A stretch of 64,000 nucleotides of DNA, taken from NCBI GenBank assembly GCA_043228905.1, contig JBHGNT010000005.1:6200001-6264000 (forward strand), written 5' to 3'. This document shows positions 12,831 through 27,200 of this stretch, one piece after another; position 1 is the stretch's first letter, and the number at the start of each line of letters is the position of its first letter. The position numbers were made by a program, and so were the translations under genes. This DNA is from Azolla caroliniana (lineage: Eukaryota > Plantae > Polypodiophyta). A model generated the notes under the pieces. It did no database searches. It saw only the letters and a list, made by a program, of their open reading frames with translations, and had not been told where the DNA came from.

Positions 12831-13816
12831 ATGCCGGGACTCAGGATACCAGCCGATCCACGTCCAGATATGTAATGAAGTATGTAGGGGGAAGTATCTC
12901 GTGGCAATCAAGGTTGCAGAAGACCGTGGTGTTGTCGACCACGGAAGCCGAGTACATGGCTGCAACGAAAGCCGACAAGGAAATCGTATGGATGACGGAG
13001 TTTATCAGTGAGCTGGGAATTCGACAAGAAGAATTCCGACTCTATTGCGATAATCAGAGTGTCATCCACCTTGCGAAAAATGTCACCTACCACTTGAGGA
13101 CAAAGCACATCCAACGGAGGTATCATTGACTCCGGGAGAGGGTAGAAGAAAGAGAGTTTGCTCTAGTGAAGGTCCACACGACCGAAAATGGATCAGATAT
13201 GTTGACCAAAGTGTTACCAGCTGAAAAGCTGAGTGCGTGCCGACGAAAGATCGAATTGGTACAGTACCCCATGCCAGAGTGAAGGGGGAGTTTGTTAGGA
13301 AACAGGTCCCTCCGGATGGGAAGAGAAGAGCCGAGTTGATGAGGAACTCAGCCGAGGCCGAATCCGAAATCGTGTAGACAACCAACTCAAAAGACTATAC
13401 TTGTAAATAGTCTAAATATGCCCTTATGGGGTACACTTGTAAATAACCCAAAAGGTTTACTAGTATATAAGTACTTAGGGCAATCATAATGTTATGATGA
13501 GCGATTGTCAAAAGGTTAATCAGAAGGTCGTTGCCTCTGTGACTGTGTAACAGTAAGCGAGTGAGAGAGTGAGAGCTTGTGTAACTCTGTAGTCGTATGT
13601 TGACGAAGTAGAATCTCGAGGTCGTTGCCTTGGAGCTTATAGTTGTACTCCTGTTCGCATAGTGATTATGTTTCTCAGGGTTTGTGGATCCCGTGGTTTT
13701 CCCATTTCGGGTTTCCATGTTAAAATCATGTGTTTCTGTCCCTTGTGCTATTTCTGGTTTTGTACCCTGTTTGAGCACATTCTATTTTACGTTCCATGCA
13801 CCCGAACATCCGAACA
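12830..13816 (+). mobile_element. Ty1/Copia 3' fragment: RNase H, PPT and 3' LTR
   Basis: DTSRSTSRY...ISWQSRLQKTVVLSTTEAEY...LYCDNQS...RTKHI is Copia RNase H. PPT GAGTGAAGGGGGAG at 13277-13290; LTR TGTTAG (13293)...GAACA (13816). Confidence 0.9.
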
Positions 13817-16046
13817 ATAAGTCGGTTGTGGCTGGTCACGATTCTCGACACCGCATACACATTGTTGCCCTATTACAAAACGTCTTCATGGACGATTCTT
13901 CTCCCCTTCCATCTTCCAAATAAGGCTCCAATTCAAAGGAGCAACTGATCTCTTAAATGTGTTATAAGTGAAAATAGAGGCATATGTATGGGTAGTACAT
14001 GCATATGGTATATTATATAGCAAGGTATTCAAAATAATAACTTATTGATAAGTTATATTTAACTAAAACACATGTTAATGTTTCATTGAGAAAATCAAAG
14101 AAGAAAAAGAAATTATTCATGAAATACTAAACATAGAAGGCTTGTCCTAGACGATCGACTTTTCTTATAAAAGACAAAAAGAAATTAGGAGTTGTGGTTT
14201 CCTTTATTGGTAGAGGAAATGGTTTTTGTGAGCCATGCATCCAAGGATCTAAATTATATTAATGATTATTGTATGATGTTACTTGACTTTATTGAATGTT
14301 TAAAAGTCCCAAGGGACAACTACAGTGGGATGTTTCGAGTTTTTTGGTTGACACACATTTTGTTCTTTCCAACAATGTATTATGGTTACACCAATCTCAA
14401 TTAGAGCAAATCAAGGTCTCATTGCTTAATCTTGATATTCCCTCCATCTCAAAATGTAGATTCCATGAATAGAATACACTAATTGTCAAAATCTTTATTT
14501 TTAGTGCTACCTTAATTAATCTACTAGCCATCTAATTACTTGTTGAGAAATTTTGATCCAACACTAATTAAATGGGATTAGATGGAATATTATTATAATT
14601 GTTGTAGTGCAACAAGATTCCAAAGTCCGAAATTCCAAAATACATGAGTTCAACTGCAATTTTCATAGTTTTAGAAACAAGGATACAGTGTATGTTGGGG
14701 CTCCTAATCATTTGACCATGATATAAATAGAAGTATAATATATTTAAACCAAATTTAACTTATATGACCAAATTAGGATTTGCTCCATTTTAATTAGGGA
14801 GAAATTAGAAACTAAATCTTGAAATTAGCAAGGATCATTCACTAATTATTGTATTTTAAGGTTTTAATCTTCATTTTCATGTGATTGGGATCCTAAAACT
14901 TTGATCAATCACATATATGTAAATTCAAGAATATGCAAAAGCCACTTTCACAATTTCTAATAAACAGATGATAAGGTTGGTTAAGCCCTTTTCCCCATAC
15001 TTTTATCTACAATATATATTTATACATCCTAATTTGTGTGAGGAATAACTAACAAAATAGGTATCATAGAAATGTAAGCTATGCTTGTTTTCAAAAGTCG
15101 TTATATAGGGATGGACAACATTGAGGTTCCTAATCATGATTAAGCCCATAAAAGAACACATATACACATGTGAGGTTGTAAACATGCAATTTGTTTTTGT
15201 CTCTAGTTATAAGCTTAATTTGCCAATTAGTAACTTCCATCAGATGTTAAAGTCGTGAAGATATGTGCTGATTAAGTTATTCCCAAGTATATGTGCCCAC
15301 TAGAATTATTCCTAAGTATATACTTGATCTAAATCTTGATGCCATGGGATCTTCAACTTGAACCTAAAATATTTTCGTAATTCCTCATGTAAATATATAG
15401 TAAATTTATATCATGTCATATTAAAAACGATTACAGTAAATGGATATAATCTCAATGTGGAGCCAATTCTATTCATGCCCAACTACTTCATTGTAACTGA
15501 CCAGCAGGCAAAGCATTGTATCTACATGAGGTCAAGAATTTGATCCTACAATAGTTTTCAAACACAAGATTGTAGACTGTTACATCAATCATGTGTCTTG
15601 AAATCTATCAATGTCTCTATGGGAATGCATCTATTTCATTCATTGGCAAATTTTAAGCATGTTATCAACCAATATAACGTGGATGCTATATGTTGGAAGT
15701 TCCATTACCATCTCTCTGATACTATGAGTTACTAACCCGGACATCAAATATGTAGTTTCTCATTCACAGAAGCAATTGTTTTGGAAAGCAATCTATACAA
15801 TCTTCAGCATCCATTGTTTCTTTGCCAACTTCCATCAGCTATAAATGCAATGCCCAGAATTTACGATTTTGTTTTTTTCTTACATATGGGTTAGAGCATT
15901 GATTTCAGCTTCAACTTCTGGTCGATTACATTCAATATGCTCCTCGACATAAATCATCGGCAACACAACCATTTTTCTCAGATGATGCATAAATTCTGAT
16001 CAACAGAGTTCACTTATTCTTTGTCATCCCCAATCAATTTGATCAA

Positions 16047-19000
16047 TCAATCATCTTCACTCTCGAAATCCTCTTCATCGCCAAACGTAAAGACAGAAGC
16101 ATCAGCAGCACTTGCAGCTGCAATGGCTTTGAAATCACTTGCTGGAAGCTGAGAAGTATCTGCCTTACTGCTTCCATGATCTACTAATTTGGATGGCTCA
16201 ATTGAAGAACTGTCTATAGAGGGATTGTCTTTTACTCGCTGAGAAGCCTCAATAGATGGCGATGATGACGAAGTATTGTCCTTATTAGTTGTTTGCAAAT
16301 CTCTCACTTCCTGATTCGAAAGAGAAGCATTTTCAGGTTCTTTGTCTCTTTCAAGATTCGATGAGACTTCATTCGACAATACCCTGTGTTTCCTTACACT
16401 GCCTTCACTCTCCATATCAGAAAATACATCATCTTTTTCTTCAATGCCTTTTTTATTCCCTCCCTCTATTCCAGGAATACTTCCTGATGTTCCAGAACTC
16501 ATAGGAGGGTTCTCTTTTATCCCAGATGGCAATGGATTTCCAGATACATTTGCAGTTGCTTTGTTGCTTATAGAAACATCATAGTCCAGTATAACAATCT
16601 CTACTTGAAATCCTGGTGATGGCAACCTCCGCTGTCAATTGTTGAAGAGAACATTTGTGTTTTTTAGTACTAACCCCTGATTCTTTCACATAAACCGTTT
16701 CAAATTTTTGAGGAAAAATATGACAAAATAAGTACCTTATCAAAGCCATCCAGATCAGCAGGAGTGAGCATTGTTCTATTCTCCATCATATTCGTGTTAA
16801 GCCAACTAGCCATCATCATAGTTGATCGTAAGCATAAGAACAACAGATTTGAGAATATTTCATTTTCTTTGATCAAGCATGGATACATGTGCAATGTTAA
16901 ATGAACAGACAGAATTGAAATTTAATTTAATCAATTTACGGGTAACATCATCATAAATCAGATCTTTTCAAGCAATTCCTATGGGCTGAGAAAGTACCAA
17001 TAAAAATCTCCATGCCGATCATGGAATAGAACTTTGAAGTCACCATCTAGATCTGCGAGACCTCTCTCGCCAGGCAATGCAAACACCATGATTCCTTTCC
17101 TCGGTGCATTGAACCAAATATCCTCTGGCTGCATGGAGAATGCAGTGCTAAAATTAATTTTAACTGTGTTATCAATTGCGCAATTTGTCAGAATTACAAC
17201 AGAATGAGTTCAAAAAAGTTAGAACGTTACAAGGATTTATTATTAAAATTTCCAGTAAGGTTTAAAGTTTAAAATAAGATTATTAAAATATGCTTTGAAA
17301 AGGAGTCCAGTACAGGTAAAGTTTCATTCCACTATGGTGGATCACTTTGACAGGAACTGTGCACACATACAGCTACAAGGTCCACAAATCAATTTTGAGA
17401 CTCACATCCTTCAAAATGTTTTGGAAGCCTAGCATTTTTTGTTGGCAATCTCTCTGCAGTGTGTCACCTGAGTCCTATGAAAAGGTCACCAATGACAACG
17501 ATAGCATGCATGATATGCCGTAACAATCACCTGAGACCATGCATGCTGAGATGGGACCTCTGATAATGCACTCAGAGTGGAGCATATTTTTCTATACTAG
17601 CAGGGAGTAATCAATAGCCATTGGTATATATCCTCATGAGTTCCCATATCCATCACATACATGTTATCTACTGAAATTGTTTCTGAATCTTGATAGATGC
17701 TTCCCATACTGGACTCTGTAGTGCAATAAATCACAAAAAGAGCCCCTTCATCAAAGCATAAGTGTAATCACTTATCTCCTCCATTCTGTACACATGATCA
17801 TCCCGTGAGTACTATCTTCAGAGAACGACATTTTTGTAATTCAAAACAAATCTGTTGATTCTCTGGTTCCAGACTAGCATTAATGATTATCAAGCATAAT
17901 CCCACCTTATCAAACAATTCATGCATCAACCTTTTGCTGCCAGACTACCTACATCCTTGCATCATAAAAATGACTATAAATTACGGAGGCAGAATTACTA
18001 ATTCCTAATGCTTGTTCTTGGTAGGATGCCACTAATACTCTTCCTTTTTTTCTATGAAACAGGGCTGTATATCAACTGTAAAGGAACCATCATAATTGTC
18101 AGTGTGCATTAGCTGTAAAGGAGCCATGCATTATAAATCAATGTGGGGGGGGGGGGGGGGGAGGGGGGGGGGGGTAGTACACACCATATAATATTGTCCA
18201 AGAGATCCAATTAAAGAAACTGCATTAAGTGTCCATGAAGAGTTACTGAAAGCATCCTACTAACTCCTTGGGCTGTGAATGAACTCATAGATAGATTATC
18301 CATGGGCCTGTGTGTCAATGTAGGGTCGTGTGCATGAGAAAATAAAAGAAATAAGAAAGTAATATTATTGTATATGGAAATCTAGAATTGAGTTGTGTCC
18401 TCAGTATGTATGCCAATGGATATACTAGATTAACAGGGTTACAATAGCATGGCCCCTCTATGAAGGGATATGATGGCTTTTATCTTTTTGCAATAGTGAG
18501 GTTGTGAAAGCAAGTCGTGAATCATTTGTGTGACAAGTTCTATCTGTTGGGGTTGGCTCATCTCCTGTCCCTTGGAAGGTGTATCCATGGATTCTCAGTT
18601 TTTGAAGTTTGAGCAAGAAGATCCAAACTTCTCCCTCAAGAGTGGGAAGCAAGCCAAAGTTCAAATTCAAAGATAAACATTTCAGCCTTATACACAGGAG
18701 AATTTTGATTGAATGAGGAGACTCAAATAGACAAAGATAAAAAAGAGGACTTCTCCATAGTTTAGAACATTGGACTTACCTTAGCATATAGAATTTAAAC
18801 TTGTGACATCGGGGTTCTAATCTTCCTTCTTACTTCATACCCCCTCGATTAGGAGACCATAAATATCCTATAGTGGCTTTAGTGTTTGGCCCTTAATCCC
18901 TAGGTTTACCAAATATTTCTTGCTGATCTGCCCTCTCCTTACATCTTCACATTTGGTTCACCAAAGATTGTCCTGTAATCTACGAGATATATTGTGTTGA

Positions 19001-22000
19001 CACAGAGCCACCAGGTTCTGAGCTTGGAGTAAAATAAAATACAAACAGGCAACAAACATACAAGGAGTGATCACGGTTGTTAAGCAGATGCAACATTTAT
19101 ATTGCTGTCAACAGTGATTCAAGAATATTTACAATCAACAGTTCACGGTAACAAAGCTCAATGAACAAGGCCAAGCAGAAACCTTAATAATAAAAAAAGA
19201 CAGATGGATTAAACCCATACAGTTTAGATATCTACAAGAATTGTGGAAAGAAAGAAAGCTATATCAATGTCTTTTAAGAGGCCAAAATGGCCTGTAAGAC
19301 CAAACAAGACCAAAATGGCCAAGATGGCCAAGATGGAGAGATCTTCAAAATGAGCGAAGCACCTTCGGTGGCGGGTGATAATGGCCTTTATTCTCAGTGA
19401 CAAGGGCGATGAGGCCATGTTCCAGATGGCCATAGACTATATGCATCACATATTGCTATTTCCTGGTCTCTATTGTAAGGCCATGTTCCAGATTGTAATG
19501 TCCTATGTGTGTCACATATTGCTATTTCCTGATCTCTATTGTAAGGCCATGTTCCAGATGGTAATGTCCTATATGCATCACATATTGCTATTTCCTGATC
19601 TCTATTGTAATCCCTTTCTAGTATCTTGGTTGAAACGCCACTTGCATAGTCTTTGATTGACTTGTAGCATGCAAGAAGTGATGGAGCTAAAGAACATTGT
19701 AATTGTTCTCTGTTGATGAGTTGTTGCAGTTGTATTGGCCTTCAACAACTCTTTATGTCTCTTGAGTTCTAGCAAGAAGAATCGTAAGCCCAATTAGTCT
19801 TCAAATTCCATGACCTTGCATAGTGGGCCAAAGACTTGTTTGAAGAGGCAATGGTATGTCCCCATTATTTCATAAAAAACAGCACAATGGCATACATAGT
19901 GTTCTTCCGATTACATTCTTCCATAGGTTTGTGGGCTGTTCCTTTGCTCTTCCATAGAGAGAAAGGCTTGATTACAAAGCAAAAAGCTTGTTAGTTTTGT
20001 CTCCCTTAATCTACTGAGAAACCCTAAAACCTCAAACAAGAAGATAAAAGGCACAGTTTGTATACTCCAAATCTTGGAATTAGATCCTACTTTTGTACAC
20101 GTTGACTCCACCTTAACATATAATGTTGGTTCTCTTGTACATGTTCACTCCATCTCAATACATAAATTCCTAATGTACATCTTCACTCCATCAGTAAATA
20201 AGTGGTGATCATTGTAAGCTTGCTCTCCAAATCCCTGTGCAAAGAGGAGTAGACATCACTGAGGATGTATTTCCCCAACAACATAGGTTTTTTCTGCTTT
20301 CCCGAAATTCCCCTGATAAAGTGGTAAATTGGGATGAAGTGTCCATATAATTCCTCAAGTAGCATATATAATTGCTCAAGAGGAGTTGATCAAGGGCCAT
20401 TGAAGTGATAGCACACCATACATAATGAGCATGATGATAGAGCACATGGAGGTAAATTTCCCCGCCTGATTACTTTCAGCCAGTTATGATTATACATATG
20501 TTCAAGCCATTTAGTTTTCAGAAGCTAGAATAGAAAGGTATTTTCCTTCAAACAATATTATATTAAAGATATATAACTATAAATTACTATTCAACACTAC
20601 AGAAAGCATGAATAAAGTAAAATTTACAGGCATTGAGAAGCTCAACTTGTTAAGAACTTATCATCAGTTATAAGATATTTGATTTTCTTAAGCTCACCAT
20701 CATATCCTTAGTTCTTGGATGCTTTTTAGAAGAGAATGCAGTTCCTGAAAATATAAAAATTCTCCAATAAGTATTCCACCTGATGGAACTTTCTTTGAAA
20801 TGCTGAAATGTCTTGGAATACTACACAAGTTGCAAGTTGCATATTATTCTTTCTTATCCTGCGATTGAAATACCGGAATGGCTTGGAATAATCTGCAACT
20901 TGCAAGTTTTGTTGCTGTTGTATCCTAAAACGCTTTTGGCCTTTATAAACCTTATAATGGGAAACTAAATTTAATTTTCTGAATATAAAAATGTACAATA
21001 CTAGTGATTGTGAGTACTCTAAAGAAAAATAAGAGGCAGAAGATAATTGGGTCTGTTTCACCTTTTATCATGCATGGAAATCTAAACCTGAGTTTATCAG
21101 CAAAACTACGTTGAGAACTAGTGAGAAGAATTTGAACTACCAACACAAATCCAGTGTACAATAGCTATTTACTCTCATTAGTGTATATTCCTTACCATCA
21201 TGATTTAAAATAGTAATAGAGGGACGAATCCAATACGGGCACTTATGCAGGCGGAAACCCCTGAGTACTACCCTGCAGTACATACACTATCATTAAAAAT
21301 ATGCAAGAGAAACTGATAACAGGCCAAATTTTAGCATAGGAAGATTCGTACTTTCGGCCGACAGGAGTTACTCCATCGCAATTCCTTAGAACTCGCTCAA
21401 AGTATTTAACATAACGCTGTTAAAACACATGATCACATACATTATTGTGGGTTTTATTGAAAATAAAAACAGAATTTAATACTGTGCCTTGTCTAAGGCA
21501 GACACACTCACAACTTGACTTGGAAGGATAAGTCCTTTTCCGTCTACACATCGTTTCTGGTTATAAAATGCAATCGATTCTTCCGCTGTTGGAAAGAACT
21601 GCACACCTCAAAAAATATAAATGCACATGTTATTTCAATAGGTAATTGACATTTTCCTTCCTCTTATATAAATTAGTATGTAAAGCTAGGGCACCTTCAA
21701 AAACAGAAGCAAAGATGTTATCATGAGACCTGTCCTAGCCTTCCCTGCTTTACAATGCACAACCACAACATTTTCCAGGTCTGCCTTGAGCCATGAATAA
21801 GCACTTTGACAAAATGCTGTTACAAGTTGCAAAGGTGGGCAATTATGATCATCAAAAGGAAAGCATGCAACCTGTATGAATTAAATAAGATATGAGAACC
21901 GAAAAGGCATAAACCTCAAATTGTCTGCATTTTATTTTTTCAACCTGTACCCAGTTATACTATTTGTAGCATAGTTATGATTATTAATAAACTTGAACTA

Positions 22001-24269
22001 GCCAAGAGAATAATTTAGTAAATAAATGTGCAAGAATCATCAATTTATTGTATAGTGTTAAACTAAAGAGCTAAACGTCTTTCCTCAATATCATTTTTTA
22101 CTGATTTCCTTGCATCTAAATTTTTAATTATTCTCATTTTTCTTCTCCAACATCAACATTCCTAATCCATCTGTTAATCCACAATGTGACAACTGTGTGT
22201 GTTTACATGTTTAGTTTCATTTTACTTATGCCAATGATCACTACTTATGAATGTGACATTCGCAAGACAATATAAAGTTCACACATAAAAGGCTTCATGG
22301 CGTACCTTTCCCTCAAAAAGTGATGCATCATAAAGCCGCTCGGAGCATAAATTGTAGACCTTATATTTCTCCTGCAAGAAAAGATATAATAAAATTATTA
22401 AGAAGTGGAACATTTAAAATCTTCATGTATTTCAATAAAAACTCCAATAAACCAAGTTTTTTTAGTTATACAATACATCTCTAGAATATGGAAATTTATA
22501 TGGGAATACATGTAGGCATAGATGTGGTTGCATAGAAGATACTACAAAAGCATCTCCCAGAAAAGATTACTTTTGCATCATCTAAATATCTAAAGGTACT
22601 TTGAAAGTACAGTGGAAAGGGTTATTTTTACACATCTCACGAAGTCTCTTGAGCTTTTATATAAATGCCAACCATGAAAACTATCTAAAATTCTTTCCAG
22701 AAAGAAACAATGCTTGGAAAAAAATAACCAGTTAAGATTACTTTTGCAGCATTCAAATATATAAAGCTACTTTGAAAGTAAATTGTAAGGAAACCGCAAT
22801 CATAAAATAAAGGTACAAAATTCCCAGGAAGACAGTACATGGAAAATAACTAATTAAGATGAACACCTAAAACTACTTCAGTAGTGCATGGGAATGGAAT
22901 ACCAATCATAAAAGAAATCTGACATTTTTCCCAGGAAAAAACCGTGCTTGGAAATGAACCATCATACGAACATATATGCCATTTGCATTCCCTTTCTACC
23001 GAAACATAATGCATACAGCTCTTGATACCAATCATATGGGAACTGCCTACTGTTAAAAAACTAATGCCAAGTAAAAGGGATTACCTTGTGATGAGTTTCA
23101 AAGAATTTGATGACTTCTTCCATATGATTGCGATAAAATCCCTGCCATAAAGTTGTTTACACAACTTGCGTTAAATAATGATGAAGGCTAACTCTTTCCT
23201 ACTCTAAATTATGATATAATGGATAGGTAAACTCTTTCTATAAATTATTGCATTCACCTCAACAAATCCAAGAATACCAGAGCTCATATCACCCGCTGGA
23301 AAACCCATTGCAATTATGTTGTCAGTAATATATGCTAGATCGAGATCAAAACCATCCTCCTACATAGATTTCCAGTTGAAGTAGTCAGCAAAAAGTGAAG
23401 TGCAGTAACCATTCCCAACCACTATATGCATTCCATACCCGCAAACACACAAAATATAGAAGAAATGCGTCAATCTTTACTTATATTCCAAATTGAGTGG
23501 GAAATTGCAGTCACATGTCGATAAAAATAGAATAAAAACTTCAATACCTGCTGGTATAATCACAAGTACACAAAAACGAAACATATGCTTCAACCCTAGT
23601 GTATATTCCAAAGTGAGTGGGATATTGCATACTCACAAATACACGAAAAGCAAAATATATACTTCAACTCTAGAGTGGGACTGACATACTCATAAAGTAC
23701 ACAAAAATAATATCTTTTTCAACCCTAGAATGTATTCCAAAGTGAGTGGGACAAGTAGGCGCATAATATAATAAATACTTCCTCCTCACCTTATCTTCTG
23801 AAATGGTTGGGACATCAGAAATTACCTGGTATCGGCGTTTATTCTGAGACACAAGATGGCGCGCCTTTGTTTGAACTGCTTTCACGGCATTTTTAGATGT
23901 GTCTAATATCCCTTTTGCAAGATTTCCAAAAGCTCCCTCATTAGAGCTTGACGATTCTCTCTCGATGGGCACTTCAACCACTGGTATCTTTGACGCATCG
24001 GTTTTTCTACCAAAGCTACCACTAAAGAGGCTGAATGGGTTCTTCATTCCCTCAGAGGAAACACTATTTTTTTCTTGAGAGTTTGCATTGGGATTAGAAC
24101 CAATACGTAGATTCTTCGCCCAGTTCGCTACACTTGCGGCCGAGAACTTTCCTGGCAACTCAGGTGCAGGTGCAAACCCTATGTTAGGTTTTGGTAATAC
24201 GCTATCCGATTTAGAATTTTCTTCTTCACCTTCATTGCTTTTCCCTGATGAATTCATATTCTCCTCCAT
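16047..24269 (-). CDS. PTEN2: PTEN2-type phosphoinositide 3-phosphatase / dual-specificity phosphatase, 12 coding exons, ~635 aa
   Basis: GT-AG exons: 24269-23826, 23359-23258, 23141-23085, 22371-22306, 21871-21695, 21598-21512, 21416-21352, 21272-21196, 20744-20698, 17128-16998, 16805-16736, 16631-16047 (1908 nt, in frame). Motifs VSQNKRRYQEDGFDLDL, FDDHNCP, HCKAGKART, a C2 domain, and C-terminal ADASVFTFGDEEDFESE. Confidence 0.95.
18144..18174 (+). repeat. Poly-G tract in PTEN2 intron 9
   Basis: About 30 nearly uninterrupted G residues. Confidence 0.9.
19412..19609. repeat. 66-bp tandem repeat, three copies, in PTEN2 intron 9
   Basis: AGGCCATGTTCCAGAT...CTCTATTGTA units start at 19412, 19478 and 19544. 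Confidence 0.9.
23470..23755. repeat. Degenerate ~60-130-bp repeats in the first coding intron of PTEN2
   Basis: Recurring CTTCAACCCTAG..TATTCCAAAGTGAGTGGGA blocks. Confidence 0.65.
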
Positions 24270-27200
24270 ATCTGTTGTGGATAACTGATAATATTTACCT
24301 CTTCACGATCAAAATCAGTAGTCTGCTGCAATAAACAAAAAAGGACGGAAATCATCTCAAAGACATTCTTGTTACCCATGATCAGGAAAAACTATCTTTA
24401 CTAAGGAGTCAAGTGTCCTTTTCGCACATGAAACAATTAGAAAATACCATGAAGTTAATAAGAATTTTGCAGAAATTTCACGTATTTTATATTGGATTCC
24501 CCTTGAACTTGTGATTAAAACATCATAATTTTTAGGGAATTTAGTAGAAAATGTATATAATAATATTGGATTGCATTTGATTTTTAAAGAATTAAAGAAT
24601 TAGCGTGAATGAGGGGGCGGGTAGCAAATAATCATATTACTTTAGCACACATATTTCAGTTAAACCCTAACCCAAGGTAGGCAACCAAAATGGGGAACCA
24701 GAGAAATCCGTTAAACTTTCTGTAAGTTTTTATACAGATTTTAGATAAAAGGAAACAAAGAAGTAATTTTGATAAACGAAAAAATCGAAGGCAAATAAAA
24801 TAGCACAGATTAACAGCATTATACATGCACACACATATTCATATCTGCAGAAAGATCCTTCGAGCAGAAATCCAAGAGAAGGGTAGGGTAATGGAAAAGT
24901 TTGGTACAGATTCGAGGGAAGGCAGAATATAGGTAAACGGATAGATATCTGCAGAAAGATCTGTCAACAAGGTATCGAGAGAGAGACAGAGAGACAGAGA
25001 CAGCGATTACTGAAGAGCGTAGTTCAAACCTGAGAGAAGGAGGCGGTACCTGGGTGGTCAGATCTGCGGCGGGATTTACACACAGAGATCCTCTCAGTCG
25101 AAAGTCTCCATCTGAACTCATGAAATGATGATGATGGATTCATCCATCCATCCATTTATTCATTCATTCATCATCATCATGAAATATCGTAAATTCAACT
25201 CTATACACACAAACACACACACACATATATATATATAAAAGAGCCTCCCTAATTCCCCATATTCACAAAAGTAGCCACAAGCCAAATCTCGTTTCTTCTT
25301 CATCTTCTTCTGCTTATTCTGTCTCATATGAGAAACATTCATTCAATTCAATTCATTGGTAATGAGTCTAATGACTCCACGCCAGCCTTTGCTCCACAGA
25401 CTCCACTCTGACCAAACCCACCTCCCCTCTGCTCCGCTACTTGACACTCGCTCAGACTACATATTCAAATGTTTTTTTTAGTGTCTTTTACACCTACATT
25501 AGGCTTGTTTTATCCCAATGTATATATATATATATATATGGTTGCCATGTTCAAGCCACTGTAATCCCAAAAGTCTCCCCATGTTCGGAAAAGATTTCTT
25601 ACTTTTCTCAAACACAAACATGGGAGTTCCTTTCACTATGTTTGGTTTCGTATTCCTGAGTAGTTGATGCCTTCGTCATCATCGCAATACTTAATAAGGA
25701 ACTTATGACAAACTTTTTGAGGTGTTTGTTTTTCCTTCAGGTATAAACTCTTCCAACTCATGTAATAGTGGATACCAAATGGGAACTCAATAAATCATTT
25801 ACTTTGTAACTACTAGCCACACATTATTACATGTGAAATCATTGTTACATCATTTACATAATCCATCCAAAAAATTGCACATTATGTGATTAGGGTTGGG
25901 ATATATGATTAAAGATAAATGTCCTTAAGTTACATGGGTTTTGCCAATACCTTGACATACAATAAACTCATGAAGGCCTTATGTGTCTCGACCCAATCCA
26001 CCATTTTATTAAGTTGGATTTTCAAGCCAAAACATAACGCATATTATTGTGATATAACAATACTTGTAATTACACTTTCCATGCTTGTTGGATACTTGAC
26101 TAAAGATGGACACGTGATTTCAAACCATTTTCTTTTAGATTTGTCATCCAAGATGCAAAGTTTTGTCGACGAGGCTTTACAACGCATAACTTATTGAAAC
26201 TATCCTAACTTCATTGTTTAAAACAAGTTGTGTATCATAAACTATTTCATATAGCTCATTGAAGGTGTTTAGATGTTACTTATGTGAAATCTTGTCCTTG
26301 TTTTTTATAGTGATGAATCCCATGATTTAATCATCCAATCTCTCATTTCTTCATAGTTGTCATGATGTGCACGAAGGAAGTAAGCCTGCCCTAAATTTAT
26401 CCCTTGAAGAACCCTATAGCTAATCTTCTTGGTTTCTTTTGTGGGTGTCTTCTTTGTCGTTTTGTTGAGTATTGATCGTCTTCTAAATAGACTTCCAAAA
26501 TACTTGAAAAAAGGAATTACAACTCTCTTTCCAACATAGATACAAACATAAAAATACATGACTCACATAAAGACCAACATATTCGTAATACATAAAGATA
26601 TAAAAACACACTTATCCTTATACATAAATATAAATACTCATCCATATATACATACAAATATACATAACCTCCTAAACCATATACATACTTAGACCCACAC
26701 ATAAATATATAAATACGAATACAAACACTTACGCATGTAAACCTAAGACATTCGTATATTGATATCACACATGTCTGTGTGTATACAAATACACATAGCA
26801 ACATGTAAATCATCTTTATACAAACATTTTTACATAAGTACACATTCATTGTAAGCACTTGCACTAGCATTTATACTCACCCGTACCAATAGACGAAAAT
26901 ACACATAGACACACATATTCTTGCGCAAGCCTCAAATATGCAGGGTACTAGTAGAGCAAGTTCTCAATCACGAATATGTTGTGATGTTTCAGTTCATAAT
27001 GGGCACAACCACGACAAACTAGAAACAACATCACAACATGTACAAGAATAGAACATAACATAACACGTACAAAGACCAAAATAGAGCACATACTAGAGCA
27101 TGTTGTAGAGCATGTAACAAAGCACATACTAAAGCATGTACCTATAGACACAAAGACAAATACACATACAAATGCTTGTGAAGGGGATAAATATGCAAGG

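Noticed and set aside
11737-12907. Alternative-frame and antisense ORFs in the Gypsy 3' region
   Set aside because: Expected by chance in GC-rich retroelement sequence, with no recognisable motifs.
13817-13930. Continuation of the L1 fragment beyond the LTR complex
   Set aside because: No TSD with the 4858-4862 flank, and the translation does not continue the L1 frame convincingly.
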